Assembly: GCA_964016885.1 (NCBI GenBank)
Contig: OZ024757.1
Location: 4,340,001 to 4,404,000 of the forward strand
Origin: Eledone cirrhosa
Lineage: Eukaryota
Reading direction: 5' to 3'
DNA: 64,000 nucleotides
Shown here: piece after piece, positions 34,443 to 45,899 of the stretch
Position numbering within the stretch: the stretch's first letter is position 1
Layout of the letters: every line of letters starts with the position of its first letter
Position numbers and translations under genes: made by a program
Notes under the pieces: generated by a model
What the model was told of the DNA's origin: nothing
What the model saw: the letters and a program-made list of their open reading frames with translations, nothing else
Database searches by the model: none

Positions 34443-34606
34443 AGAAGAAGAAGAAGAAGAAGAAGAAGAAGAAGAAGAAGAAGAAGAAGAAGAAGAAGAA
34501 GAAGAAGAAGAAGAAGAAGAAGAAGAAGAAGAAGAAGAAGAAGAAGAAGAAGAAGAAGAAGAAGAAGAAGAAGAAGAAGAAGAAGAAGAAGAAGAAGAAG
34601 AAGAAG
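34443..34606. repeat. (GAA)n microsatellite inside a diverged copy of the 38830-39500 family
   Basis: More than 50 perfect GAA units. Flank 34295-34425 is similar to the reverse complement of 39110-39240. Confidence 0.9.
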
Positions 34607-35349
34607 ATCACTTATATACGTTAACTTTGGGGAAATAAATTTGAATATTTACCTATATTATGTATATATTGATATGGAGAATTATGATTGTAAGTATTTA
34701 TCTTATAATATTGTAGTGGGTTAAATATATAAATATCTATATATATTTTAATAATAGCATATGTATTATTATTAAAGAAATAATTTGCAATTATTAGTTG
34801 TTTATAATATGAGTTACGAGATGTTGATTTTGTGTTTTATGTAGATAAATAAATAAATAAATAAATAAATAGGTAGTTCAAGTTTTAGGTGGTTGTTTAT
34901 AATATGAGTTACGAGGGAAGTTGATTTTGTATTTTATGTAAATAAAAAGGTAGTTAAAATTATGAATTTATATATTTGGATAACTTGTTCGGCTTTGAGA
35001 ATGTTTTAAATTAATGGAGTTAGGTATAAGTTTATTTGATTGAGAAAGGAAAGATAACTCCAATTTTATTTGTTAATTGATAAAATTTTTAAGAATTAGT
35101 GTGAGATTAATTAATTATTTAGTCGAAAGAAATGTTGATGTTTAAACATTGTCTTGAATAGGATACATTTTTCTAAAGTCAGTTAATGGTTATTAATCTA
35201 GGTTTAAAAAATAGCTTTAGAGGGTGTCATTTAAAAAATATAATGTAAGAATTAAAGAATTAAAAAATTAAAATTAAAATTATATAGATATACATTTATA
35301 TAAAATATCTATACACATATATATATATAAATAAATAAATATATATATA

Positions 35350-35820
35350 TAAACGGAAAAAATGAAACGAAATTTCATTTCCCACTCTTAGTATGGCTGT
35401 TACTTAAATATAAGTATGTACACGTACATACATATATGTATACAGACGTACAGTAGTATGTATATATACATACATGCACACATATATATATGTACGTAGG
35501 GATTCACCGAACATTTATTATAATGCTCGGTGTGTTTGTAAACAAAAATCCCGTATTAAGCCGTAGTGTCTAGCAACCATCGTTGCTCGTTTGTTCAACA
35601 CTGACAAAGGAACGCTGTACTGGTTTCAAGCTTATTAGCTATCGTCAGCAACGTATACCTTCCTGCCAGATTGATGAACGTATATACTTACCTTATGCAT
35701 ATTAACGGCTAAGTAGCCCAATTTGCATATCGAGTGGGTTAATCGGCCGGGTCCACCGAAAACGATAAACGGAAAAAATGAAACGAAATTTCATTTCCCA
35801 CTCTTAGTACGGCTGTTACT

Positions 35821-35828
<8 letters not shown>
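35350..35828 (-). mobile_element. Retrozyme-like element: about 417-bp unit with 60-bp terminal repeat; hammerhead at 35612-35654
   Basis: 35351-35410 is repeated at 35768-35827. Ribozyme reads acgttg-CTGACGA-tagct aata agctt-GAAA-ccag-TA-cagcgt. A partial homolog lies at 52973-53268. Confidence 0.82.
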
Positions 35829-35873
<45 letters not shown>

Positions 35874-35882
<9 letters not shown>

Positions 35883-36912
35883 AATATAGACATAGAATAT
35901 TCGAAAATATTCTGTATGTTTATAATAAACATTTTGAAGACCTAATCGCTATAGAATAGAATACGTCACGTATTACAATTAGATTCTCGATAAAAGCAAG
36001 GGAAGTAATCTACGCGTTTCATTCTCGTTAGAAATCATCAGGACTACATATCCAGTGCTTTTATCGAGAATGACACAGCTAGAGACTTATAGAATACTTA
36101 GCTGTGTACAGGAACTGGTTTGAAAGAGCGGTTGCCGGTCCGGCAGGAATTAGAAATTGGAATAAATGCTCTGAAATAGCGATATATATGTGAATATAGA
36201 CATAGAATATTCGAAAATATTCTGTATGTTTATAATAAACATTTTGAAGACCTAATCGCTATAGAATAGAATACGTCACGTATTACAATTAGATTCTCGA
36301 TAAAAGCAAGGGAAGTAATCTACGCGTTTCATTCTCGTTAGAAATCATCAGGACTACATATCCAGTGCTTTTATCGAGAATGACACAGCTAGAGACTTAT
36401 AGAATACTTAGCTGTGTACAGGAGAATGAAACGCGTAGATTACTTCCCTTGCTTTTATCGAGAATCTAATTGTAATACGTGACGTATTCTATTCTATAGC
36501 GATTAGGTCTTCAAAATGTTTATTATAAACATACAGAATATTTTCGAATATTCTATGTCTATATTCACATATATATCGCTATTTCAGAGCATTTATTCCA
36601 ATTTCTAATTCCTGCCGGACCGGCAACCGCTCTTTCAAACCAGTTCCTGTACACAGCTAAGTATTCTATAAGTCTCTAGCTGTGTCATTCTCGATAAAAG
36701 CACTGGATATGTAGTCCTGATGATTTCTAACGAGAATGAAACGCGTAGATTACTTCCCTTGCTTTTATCGAGAATCTAATTGTAATACGTGACGTATTCT
36801 ATTCTATAGCGATTAGGTCTTCAAAATGTTTATTATAAACATACAGAATATTTTCGAATATTCTATGTCTATATTCACATATATATCGCTATTTCAGAGC
36901 ATTTATTCCAAT
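35874..36912. mobile_element. Retrozyme-like 310-bp tandem array with a central inversion and three intact hammerheads
   Basis: Minus-strand units occupy 35874-36422 and plus-strand units 36423-36912. gtagtc-CTGATGA-tttct aacg agaat-GAAA-cgcg-TA-gattac occurs at 36005-36047 (-), 36315-36357 (-) and 36711-36753 (+). Confidence 0.92.
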
Positions 36913-36937
36913 ATATATATATATATAAATATATATA

Positions 36938-38245
36938 GAAGAAATGTTTTGCTGAAAGGTGAAAGTACTACAAATATTAGAGATATTACCATTTAGAGAT
37001 ATTAATATGTCAGAAATTTAAATCGTTAAAGAAGATAGGATCATTTTGAAGATTTATAGGAATATTATAAATTACACATAGTTCTGTATGTAGAATTTTG
37101 GCGATGTCTGCAAGAATTAAATAATTCTGTCCTGAGATTAATAGAGTTTTGACAATTAATTATATAAAAAATTTCTTCAATACACAATTTATAGAATTGT
37201 TACGATTTCATCAGATAAAATACAAAGTGTGTTTTATACAAAGCTTTAAATAGAGCAGGGTATCCGAATAAAATTAAATACATTGACAACAATAACATGG
37301 CAAATCACCCTAGTATTAATTATAATAAACAATTTAACTTAAACTCTAAACCAAACAAAAGAACTAGAACTAAAAATATTATTTGGTACTCACCCCCATT
37401 CTCATTAAGCGTTAAAACACCTTTAGCAAAACTATTCTGTAAAGCACTAGACAAATGTTTTCCTAAAGCCCACAGATATCACTTAATCTTTAACAGGCAT
37501 ACTATAAAACTATCCTACTCTACTACTATGAACATAGCACAAAATATAAATAGAATTAATAATAGAAACTTAAATTTAAACCCTAACCAAAATAACCATA
37601 ATAGCAGTAATAATATTTCTAGCAATATTCCTGTATAATAGTACCGTTCCGAGCAACAACAACTCCATAAAATGTAACTGTAGAATCAAATCAAACTGCC
37701 CTTTACAAAATAATTGTTTAGACAAAAACGTAGTTTATAAATGCACAGATAAAGCTAGTGATAAAATATTTAACTATGTTGGGGCCACTTCTACAAAATT
37801 TAAAGAACGCTGGAATAACCATAATCATACATTTAAAAGATCTGATAAAAAATCTACTTCACTTTCACATCTTATATGGAACTTAAAAGTAATAATATAG
37901 ACTATTCAATATCTTGGAAAACAATTTCAAAAAGCACCTGCGTACCGAAATATGGCTTTATCAAGATTCTGTAAATTGAGTTTCGAAGAAATGTTTATAT
38001 AATTAACTGTCAAAACTCTATTAATCTCAGAACAGAGTTATTTTCTTCTTGCAGACATCGCCAAAATTCCATGTTCAGAACTATGTTTAATTTATAATAT
38101 TCCTATAAACCTTCAAAATGATCCTCTCCTCTTTAACAATTTGAAATGTTTAATATTTTTAATATTTTAATATTTCTAAATGTGAATATCTCTAATAATT
38201 GTAATACTTTTACCTTTCAGCAAAAATTTATTTTAAAATATACAT
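36938..38245 (+). mobile_element. Degenerate 3' portion of a Hydra-type PLE with a diverged inverted copy of its 3' end (36938-37190)
   Basis: ALNRAGY..RTKNIIWYSPPFSLSVKT..LIFNRHTIKLSYS, CNCRIKSNCPLQNNCLDKNVVYKC..YVGATSTKFKERWNNH, and NLRTELFSSCRH. Confidence 0.88.
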
Positions 38246-38266
38246 ATATATATATTTATATATATA

Positions 38267-38462
38267 TAACGAAGGAAATGTGGTAAGGAACCAGGTGGAT
38301 CATAACACACCAAAGTACGCAATACTTAGGGTAGTAGAGTGGGTAATAGGAACGAGTAGGACGCCGACGGCTGAGCTCAAGCTGTTTCGACGGCTAATTC
38401 TGAGTCCAGAATTAGCCGTCGAAACGGCTTGAGCTCAGCCGTCACGGTCCTACTCGTTCCTA
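38267..38462. mobile_element. Truncated fold-back pLTR of the 12551 family
   Basis: Matches 12551-12690 followed by its inverse. Confidence 0.88.
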
Positions 38463-38476
38463 CATATATATATATA

Positions 38477-38828
38477 TTAGAATTGGAGCTCTGAAATAGC
38501 AATATATATATATGGATGTATATATAATGTATTTTGCAATACACTTTATGCTTAATTAAAAGCATTTTGAAGACCGTAAGCTATTGTTTTTTAGAGTAGT
38601 GACAAATTCACTTACTTTGATCTCAGCAAACACGGGAGATAAGCCGACCAGGCCTTGTTTCGCTTTTGTTGAAGCTTATCAAGGCTAACTACTCCCACCT
38701 GTCTACCGAGATCACTGATGTTATATTCTTATAGAATTCTAGTAAATAATCAGGAGCTGATTATACAGAGCGGTTGTTGGTCAGGCAGAAATTAAAAATT
38801 AGAATTGGAGCTCTGAAATAGCAATATA
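38477..38828 (-). mobile_element. About 322-bp unit, diverged relative of the 310-bp retrozyme-like family, with a degenerate hammerhead (38643-38685)
   Basis: 29-bp terminal direct repeat. Shared blocks cattttgaagacc and gagcggttg..gctctgaaatagc. The core reads TTGATAA..GAAA. Confidence 0.7.
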
Positions 38829-38829
38829 T

Positions 38830-39497
38830 TGTAAATTATAATAATTGTAAATTATCTATAATTGTAAATTATCTATATCTCTTTAATACTAATACATATG
38901 CAATTATTAATATATACAGATATTTATACATGTAACCTACTACAATATTGTAATAAGATAAATACTTACAAACATAATTCTCCATATAAGTATATACATA
39001 ATATAGGTAAATATTCAAATCCCCCCCCAAAAAAATTAACGTAAATACGAGATCTTCTTTCCTTTTTTCTTTTTCTTTCTTTTTTCTTTCTTTCCTACTC
39101 ATACAAACACCTATCTAAATTCTCCATAGCCTCTAAAATAACGTTTTTTCAAACGTATACCTCAACCTCATTTACATATTCATTTGCATACTCATCTTAA
39201 CAATTTTGAAAAATCTGTCTTTAACTCCACTATCCAAGGAAAACTTCAACCGTTAAGGCATGTTCCTTGGCTATGTCAAAATTTATAAAACACACTTTGT
39301 ATTTTATTTGATGAAAGCGTACCAAAGGTTTTGGTACCCTTGAAATATATATAATAGAATAAATATGGTTTTATAAATATAGTTTCCATTTATTTAATTT
39401 CATTGAATATTAAACTCCAGAAAACTTGTCGAGTGCTCTGAATCAGTTATAAACATTTATATTTGTTGAATTACCAACAAATTGAATATCCCTTCTA

Positions 39498-39500
<3 letters not shown>
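38830..39500 (+). mobile_element. PLE 3' UTR/pLTR with a U3-variant hammerhead (39302-39359)
   Basis: ttttat-TTGATGA-aagcgtaccaaa ggt tttggtaccctt-GAAA-tatata-TA-atagaa, and TCGAGTGCT at 39429. Homologs lie at 47795-49100 and 34295. Confidence 0.7.
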
Positions 39501-39532
<32 letters not shown>

Positions 39533-39629
39533 ATTTATAAAGACGTCAGAAATCTTTACTCTAACTCCTGTCATATCAAAGAAATTCATTTGTAACAAAT
39601 GATTTGTGGAAATTGTGTTGGGGGGGGGT

Positions 39630-39631
39630 GA

Positions 39632-39688
<57 letters not shown>

Positions 39689-39703
39689 CATCAGCAGCAG
39701 TAT

Positions 39704-39739
<36 letters not shown>

Positions 39740-39758
39740 CAGCAGCAGCAGCAGCACC

Positions 39759-39829
<71 letters not shown>

Positions 39830-39851
39830 CAGCAGTAGTAGTAGCAGCAGC

Positions 39852-39892
<41 letters not shown>

Positions 39893-40048
39893 CAGCAGCA
39901 GTAGTAGTAGTAGTTTTAATGGTAGTGGTGGTGGTGGTTGGAGGGGGTAGTATTGATGGTCTTGTTGGTTGTTCTGGTGATGGTGTTTCTGTTGTTGTTA
40001 CTGTTGTTGTTGTTGTTGTTACTGTTGTTGTTGTTGTTGTTGTTGTTT
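39630..40048. repeat. (TAG/CAG)n then (GTG/GTT)n trinucleotide microsatellites
   Basis: Direct inspection. Confidence 0.95.
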
Positions 40049-40263
40049 TTAATCAGATAACCAGGGATCGATGACACCCGATAACCTTCTACTGACATCC
40101 AATTGGCTGTTGTAATCAGTGATAATGTTATTGATGATGATGTTGTTGTTATTTTTCCAATATTTAGTTCCAGCACAATAATCTATGCAGCAATGTTTCA
40201 CCTCACACACTCAAATCTACACACACATACCTACACACACATACACACACACACATACCTAAA

Positions 40264-40310
<47 letters not shown>

Positions 40311-40319
40311 TTTTTTTTT

Positions 40320-40852
40320 TTTATTTTATAGAAGGAGTTTCTACAGGACTAGTACTGTTTCATTCAGATGAAATCTTCAGGAAGCTTCCTGACAATTTCA
40401 TCTGAATGAAACAGTACTAGTCCTGTAGAAGCTCCTTCTATAAAATAAAAATTGTTTACTCTGCCATGTATTGAGTACCTTACTTACTGTGGTTATCCCC
40501 GACTCAACCCGGGACCTACGTATCCAAGCACACCCTAGTGCCCTTATAACCATCCTCAAGAAAATATGCTAACAAGAATCGACCTCAATACCTCCTTGAA
40601 GAACATTCCTATCCCACCAAGGAAACAGTACCTAAAAACCCTCATTAGACGGACTCATGAATTCATCAAACGAATTAGATGGAGATCGTTCTTTTTCGAC
40701 CACCCTGATGTAGCGCTTCCTGAAGATTTCATCTGAATGAAACAGTACTAGTCCTGTAGAAGCTCCTTCTATAAAATAAAAAATGTTTACTCTGCCATGT
40801 ATTGAGTACCTTACTTACCGTGGTTATCCCCGACTCAACTCGGGATCTACGT
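40320..40852 (+). mobile_element. Internally deleted Hydra-type PLE: inverted pLTR, pLTR, ORF start, pLTR
   Basis: ATG at 40566 begins MLTRIDLNTSLKNIPIPPRKQYLKTLIRRTHEFIKRIRWRSFFFDHPD. The pLTRs are at about 40384-40522 and 40715-40852. Hammerhead gcttc-CTGAAGA..GAAA-cag tactagtc ctg-TA-gaagc at 40715-40763. Confidence 0.88.
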
Positions 40853-40874
40853 ATATATATATATATATATTATA

Positions 40875-41090
40875 TAACCAAGGAAATGTGGTAAGGAACC
40901 AGATGGACCATAACGCACCAGAGTACTCAATACTTAGAGTAGTAGAGTGGAAAATAGGAAAAAGTATGACCCCGACGGCAGAGCTCAAGCCGTTTCGACG
41001 GCTATTTCTGGACAGAAATAGCCGTTCTGAGTTCAGAAATAGCCGTCGAAACGGCTTGAACTCTGCCGTCGGGGGTCATACTTTTTCCTA
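40875..41090. mobile_element. Truncated fold-back pLTR, subfamily of the 12551 family
   Basis: Same tail and ribozyme 3' half, with an inversion at about 41010-41030. Confidence 0.85.
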
Positions 41091-41102
41091 TATATATATA
41101 TA

Positions 41103-41184
41103 GTTTAATAAATGAACAGAGAATAAAAAACAGAGAGGCAGTACAAATGATATTAGTATTAGTTTCACGCTTGAGGGTGGGGGT
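41103..41184 (-). mobile_element. 3' tail fragment of the Neptune-type family
   Basis: The reverse complement resembles 27830-27905 (agcgtgaaa..tgtactgcctctctgtttt). Confidence 0.7.
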
Positions 41185-41498
41185 ATATATATATGTATGT
41201 ATGAATATATATATGTGTTTGTGTGTATACATGCATATATATGTATATGTCTGTTTATGTATACATATAAACACCCACACATATTTCTGCACAATTACAT
41301 AACAGTCTACTTCTGCTGACTATTTTATTTAATGTTCTTTTGTGTACATTACGTGTCTGTGATTGCACTTCATCAGAAAAGAAAAACAGTAAAAGGGAAG
41401 AAGAAAAATCGGTTATATTCCCCATATGGGTGCCTTATTTCAGGAATAAGCATTACTTATCCTGACTAATCTAACGTACAAAACTGTGTGTGTGTGTA

Positions 41499-41541
<43 letters not shown>

Positions 41542-42438
41542 TAAAACATGTCTATAGAATCACCAGATAAAATATATACCATTTCCTCTCCCAATTAGCA
41601 TAATTAACCATATAAAAATCGAATGGACCAGGCTATAAGAATAAGGCTTCTATAAAGAAATCTCCAACAAATAATTTATTGTCTAGATTAGAGCAAACTT
41701 CTGAAGAGTCCGATACTCGAGTTTCCGAAGTTATTGGAAATCTCAAAATGCGGACGAAACCATGGTCGAGGTAAATAAATGTATTCTCTTTTCTCTTAGT
41801 TTACTTTAAACCTAATTCTATTTAATTGACTGTATATCTGGGCGATTACGCTGTCGAAATATTCGATAAATATTCCGTCGCAGCCGACGCGAAGGGCTAG
41901 TTTCGGTTATTTGTTGGAGATTTCTTCATAGAAGCCTTATTCTTATAGCCTGGTCTATTCGATTTTTTATTTGGTTAATTATGCTAATTGGGAGAGGAAA
42001 TGGTATATATTTTATCTGGTGATTCTATAGACATGTTTTATGATATATATCTCTGATTATTTAATTTATTAACTTTTCATTGAGCCACAAAGTAACCCGT
42101 TGCAAAACACGTATATGTATATATGTATATATATATATATGTAAACCTTTATATGTAATAATCTCCCATCAGGTTGAGATACAAATTTGGCTGTATTGTG
42201 CTGTGCTTGTGGTTAGAAAAAGCTATCTCACTTACCGCTTTTCATAGGCGCCGCTAAACTCCACTGCAGGTTACTCCTCTTCCACGTGCGTCCAACTGCT
42301 TTACACCGGGAGCTGCCAAAATTCGCGTCCACACCGTTTCTGGTCACCACTAGAGAGGCCCTCTGCTGGCCCTTCCGGTCGAGCACTCCCCCGCTTCCGG
42401 CCACCGCACGCCACACCATACCCACACGCCCCCTGATC

Positions 42439-43413
42439 TCAAGGATCAATTTCCCCCTCGTCCTTCTGCATATGAAAGTCTGCTGTCCAGGTTGGTGGTT
42501 TACGACTTCTTTGCGATCTCCGCAGTGTTGGGGCAGCACTTTGGGTTTCCTCTTCCTCGGAGTCCGTTGACACAGTGATTCTACGGACATCCAGGACATG
42601 ACGTGGTACTCCGTCCACGGACACATTGTTCTGTGAATTTACGGCCGTCACCGTTCCCCTTCCCCATTGAGATGTGCAGCGTGCATCTGGGGGCTTAACC
42701 CAGACTTCTTCGCCCACCTGCACGAATGCACTCTCTCTCCCCACTGGCCGTTGTGGTGGCGTGCACGGGTGCCGCCACCTGTATCTGAATACTGCTCTGT
42801 GTGGCACCGATTCCTCGACCTGTCCCACCCAAGGGGACATGTTGTACCAGAACACTGCCTCCATTGGTGAGATATGGCCCCGCTCCGCCATTGCCTTAAT
42901 CGTCCGGTGGTGTCGCTCCACAATTCCATTCCCGCTCGGCCTGTGCGCTGCTCTGAAGAAACGGTCCACCTTCCATCCATCGAGCATCTCCCTCAGCACC
43001 TCCGAGCGGAACGGTGCGCTGTTGTCCATCAGCAGTTCGTCCACAGGGCCCCGCTCCAAGAACACCTCTCTCAACGTCCGCATGATTTCCTCGGCCGTTC
43101 CAGTCTTCATCTCCCTCCATATCGCCATCCGTCCTGGTCCACAGTCGACCATCGAGAGGTACGTTCCCTGTAGGTAGTGCGTTATATCCACCGCCAATCG
43201 CTTCCAGTCGCGATCCACCAGGAGGCTTCCCGTTTCGTATACACCCGGGGCGGGATCAATGGACTGACATCGGACGCAGCCTCTAACCACCCTTTGAATA
43301 CTGTGTCTGTTAACGTCCGAGTCGATTCTCCTGGCTAGGAACAGGCTCCTATCCACTCCCATGTGGTGCATGTCATGCAACCCTTTCAGATCCGACTCGG
43401 TCAGCCGACACAC
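42439..43413 (-). CDS. Integrase domain (HHCC plus DDE) of the LTR element, frame intact
   Basis: LHDMHHMGV..CVRCQ, AVDITH, LMDN, GNGIVERHHRTIK. Confidence 0.9.
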   Translation of the reverse strand: MCRLTESDLKGLHDMHHMGVDRSLFLARRIDSDVNRHSIQRVVRGCVRCQSIDPAPGVYETGSLLVDRDWKRLAVDITHYLQGTYLSMVDCGPGRMAIWREMKTGTAEEIMRTLREVFLERGPVDELLMDNSAPFRSEVLREMLDGWKVDRFFRAAHRPSGNGIVERHHRTIKAMAERGHISPMEAVFWYNMSPWVGQVEESVPHRAVFRYRWRHPCTPPQRPVGRESAFVQVGEEVWVKPPDARCTSQWGRGTVTAVNSQNNVSVDGVPRHVLDVRRITVSTDSEEEETQSAAPTLRRSQRSRKPPTWTADFHMQKDEGEIDP

Positions 43414-43437
43414 GGCAGCTATCTCATCTTCTACCTC

Positions 43438-45130
43438 TTACGGCGCTTCCATCCAGGCTTTCTTCACCCTAGTTAAGATGACCGCCCTATTTTTCTCTGA
43501 GAGCACGAAAACTACGCTCAGCCTCAGGTCGAACTCGGTGGCCAGCTCTCCTAAAGTTCCCAGGTGGCGCTTTATCAGCATCTCCGCCGCCCCTCTCGTT
43601 CGCACTCTCTTCTCACTGGTGAGCACTGATCTCACCCATCCGAGTACAGTAGCCGAGTCGGTGCGTATCTCGATGGTGCGCAGTCCCCACCTCAGGGCGA
43701 GGTTCACCCCTCTCAACACTGCGTCCAGTTCGGCCACATTGATGTGGTTGCAGTCGTCCTTCTTCCTAAGTCAGGTTGCATCCTCGACCTCAACACCTCC
43801 TATCTCCAACGTGACACCCAGCCCTATGCTGCTGGCATCGCACCATACGGTCCCGCTCTGTGATTTTGGAACATACCAGCGTCCCCGACTGGGTCGTCGG
43901 CCCTCCCCCTCCCCACGATCTCCTGCATCATGGCCACCGTCCTCTCTCCCACTCTGTCACTCCAAGTCACTCCTCCCGTTCGTCTCTTGACATAGCTGCA
44001 TGCCGTCCGGAGCCACCCAGCAATCGGGTAGTGACCCACCAACTTTCCACACACCGAGAAAAGCTCCCACCTACTCATACCTGGGCCCAGTTCTGGAACT
44101 TCATTTCCCCTCTGGAATACCAAGACGCCCGTCCTGTCTCGCCGTAGCCTAAGTCCCAGCGCGGCTCCTCCCTCCAACGCTTCTGACGGCTTCGCAGCCA
44201 GTCCATACTCCTGTAAATGGCTCGTGACCTCCGCCGCCGACACCACAGACTCGTCCACTAGGATGTTGTCAATATAGGAGTTAGTGGCCCTCTTCACCTT
44301 GTCGGCCTTTCCTAGAATGGTCTTGAGGACCGCTGCCATGATCTTCGGTGCGGAGCTCAGCCCGAAACCGAGCCTGGTCAGGCAATATGTCCGGCCCTTA
44401 TATCTGATCAGCTGATACTGCCAGAGCTTCTCGTCTATATGCAATTGCAAGTATGCCGACTTTAGATCTACGATTGCTGACGTCATGCGTCTCCACTCAC
44501 GCAGGGTTTCCCCACAGACATCCGTGACCTCGCCACCCGTGTAGCATGACACGTGCTCGTTCAGCTCCCGAAAGTCCAGCACCGGCCTCACCTTGTTCTT
44601 CTCGCTCGAACTCGCTCCTAATGTTTCCCTTCAATGTGTTGATAGCAGCTCACTTTGGTCTTCAGTGTTGGTGGTTCTCCCTTCCAGTACCACTCAACAA
44701 CCCATCGCTGCCCATCGAACACGGCCTTGAAGTCTTTGTCCTGCACAGTGTAAGCGGAGTATTTTTCCTCATGGGCCTTCTGGTTCTCCTGTCGCGCACT
44801 CGCAGCGCATACCGATGCAGCGGCGCCAAACGACACACCGACGTTGTTCACTGTGACGCCTCCTAGACGGCCAATTGCGTCCACGCCCATAACCACGCCG
44901 ATCACATCAACCTCGCTGTCTACTACGATGGCAGAAAGCCTTATTTTCCTTCCCCGTACCGCTATTTCCATCTCGCTGCGACCTCGGCATTCAATTTTCC
45001 TGCCGTCGACTGCCCTTACGCTGCTCTTCACTCTCCACCTCTGCGCCACCCCCGCGGTCACCAGTGTCGTAGTACAGCCCGTGTTCACGAGGGCTCGCTG
45101 TGGCTTTCCCCTCACGAAGACTTCCACCAC
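43438..45130 (-). pseudogene. pol: pol protease, RT and RNase H (frameshifted, catalytic substitutions)
   Basis: ALVNTG (D to N), RPVLDFRELN, DLKSAY, LGFGLSSAP, YIDN (YIDD mutated), WCDAS, AELDAV, RTDS. Confidence 0.9.
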
Positions 45131-45141
45131 AGGCAGCGCTT

Positions 45142-45899
45142 CTATTCGTAAGGGGCAACTACCGGCGCAGTAGTTCCCCTTGGATCGTTTCCCTGGTCGC
45201 AGTTAGTAGCGATGTGGCCTGGTCGCTTACACCGGTAGCATATTATTTCCGGCCTTGACTCTTTGCAGTCTCTAGCCATGTGCGGGCCCTGGCACCGAAA
45301 ACAGCGACCTCTAAACGTTCGCGGGCGACCGCGTTCCGTGGTTGCCTCCCTTTCACCATTTCGCTGCCAGCTGTCTTGAGCCTCTGTAGTTGCTATCGCC
45401 GCAACACTCTTTTTGGCCTCTTCTGCTATGATCCGGGCTTGTTGCACCAGTGAACGCATTTCCATTTCTTTGTAACCCGGGACTTGCTGCAGTTTCACCG
45501 CTATGTCGTCTGGAAATACATTTATGAACACCAACTGCACCGTGCGTTCGCATTCCACCTGATATCCAGCAACATAGCCAATCGCCGTATTTCCGCTGCG
45601 AAAATGTCGACGCGCTCACCATTCCATCTAATTCTTGCCAGCTTAACGAAAGCGGCTAACGGTCCCTCTGCAAATGCGTCTATCATGCGCCTCTCAATCT
45701 TTTGCGCATCTCTTTGGCTGTGTTCGTCCAACTCAAGGAAGAGTACCAACGCGTCCCCCTCGAGGTACAGTGCCATGAGGCCAGCCACATCTTCTATCTT
45801 CTGCAAGCTTGCGACCAGCCGGACTTTCCGCAGCCAAGCGACAACACCTTCCCCGGTAAATGCCCTGATAGCTTCGCTTGTTCGTAGTCTTGTCGCCAT
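45142..45899 (-). pseudogene. gag: gag (frameshifted) with two zinc knuckles
   Basis: CFRCQGPHMARDC and CYRCKRPGHIATNC. Confidence 0.9.

Noticed and set aside
39443-40405. Poly-S/V/L/N ORFs as possible host exons
   Set aside because: They are trinucleotide microsatellites with no domain signature or convincing splice structure. The same applies to 355-1345.
41340-41380. Hammerhead-like CTGATGA-agtg caat cac (minus strand); similar half-motifs at 29925-29962 and 31505-31545
   Set aside because: One half-core is mutated or truncated in each, so they were not counted as intact ribozymes.
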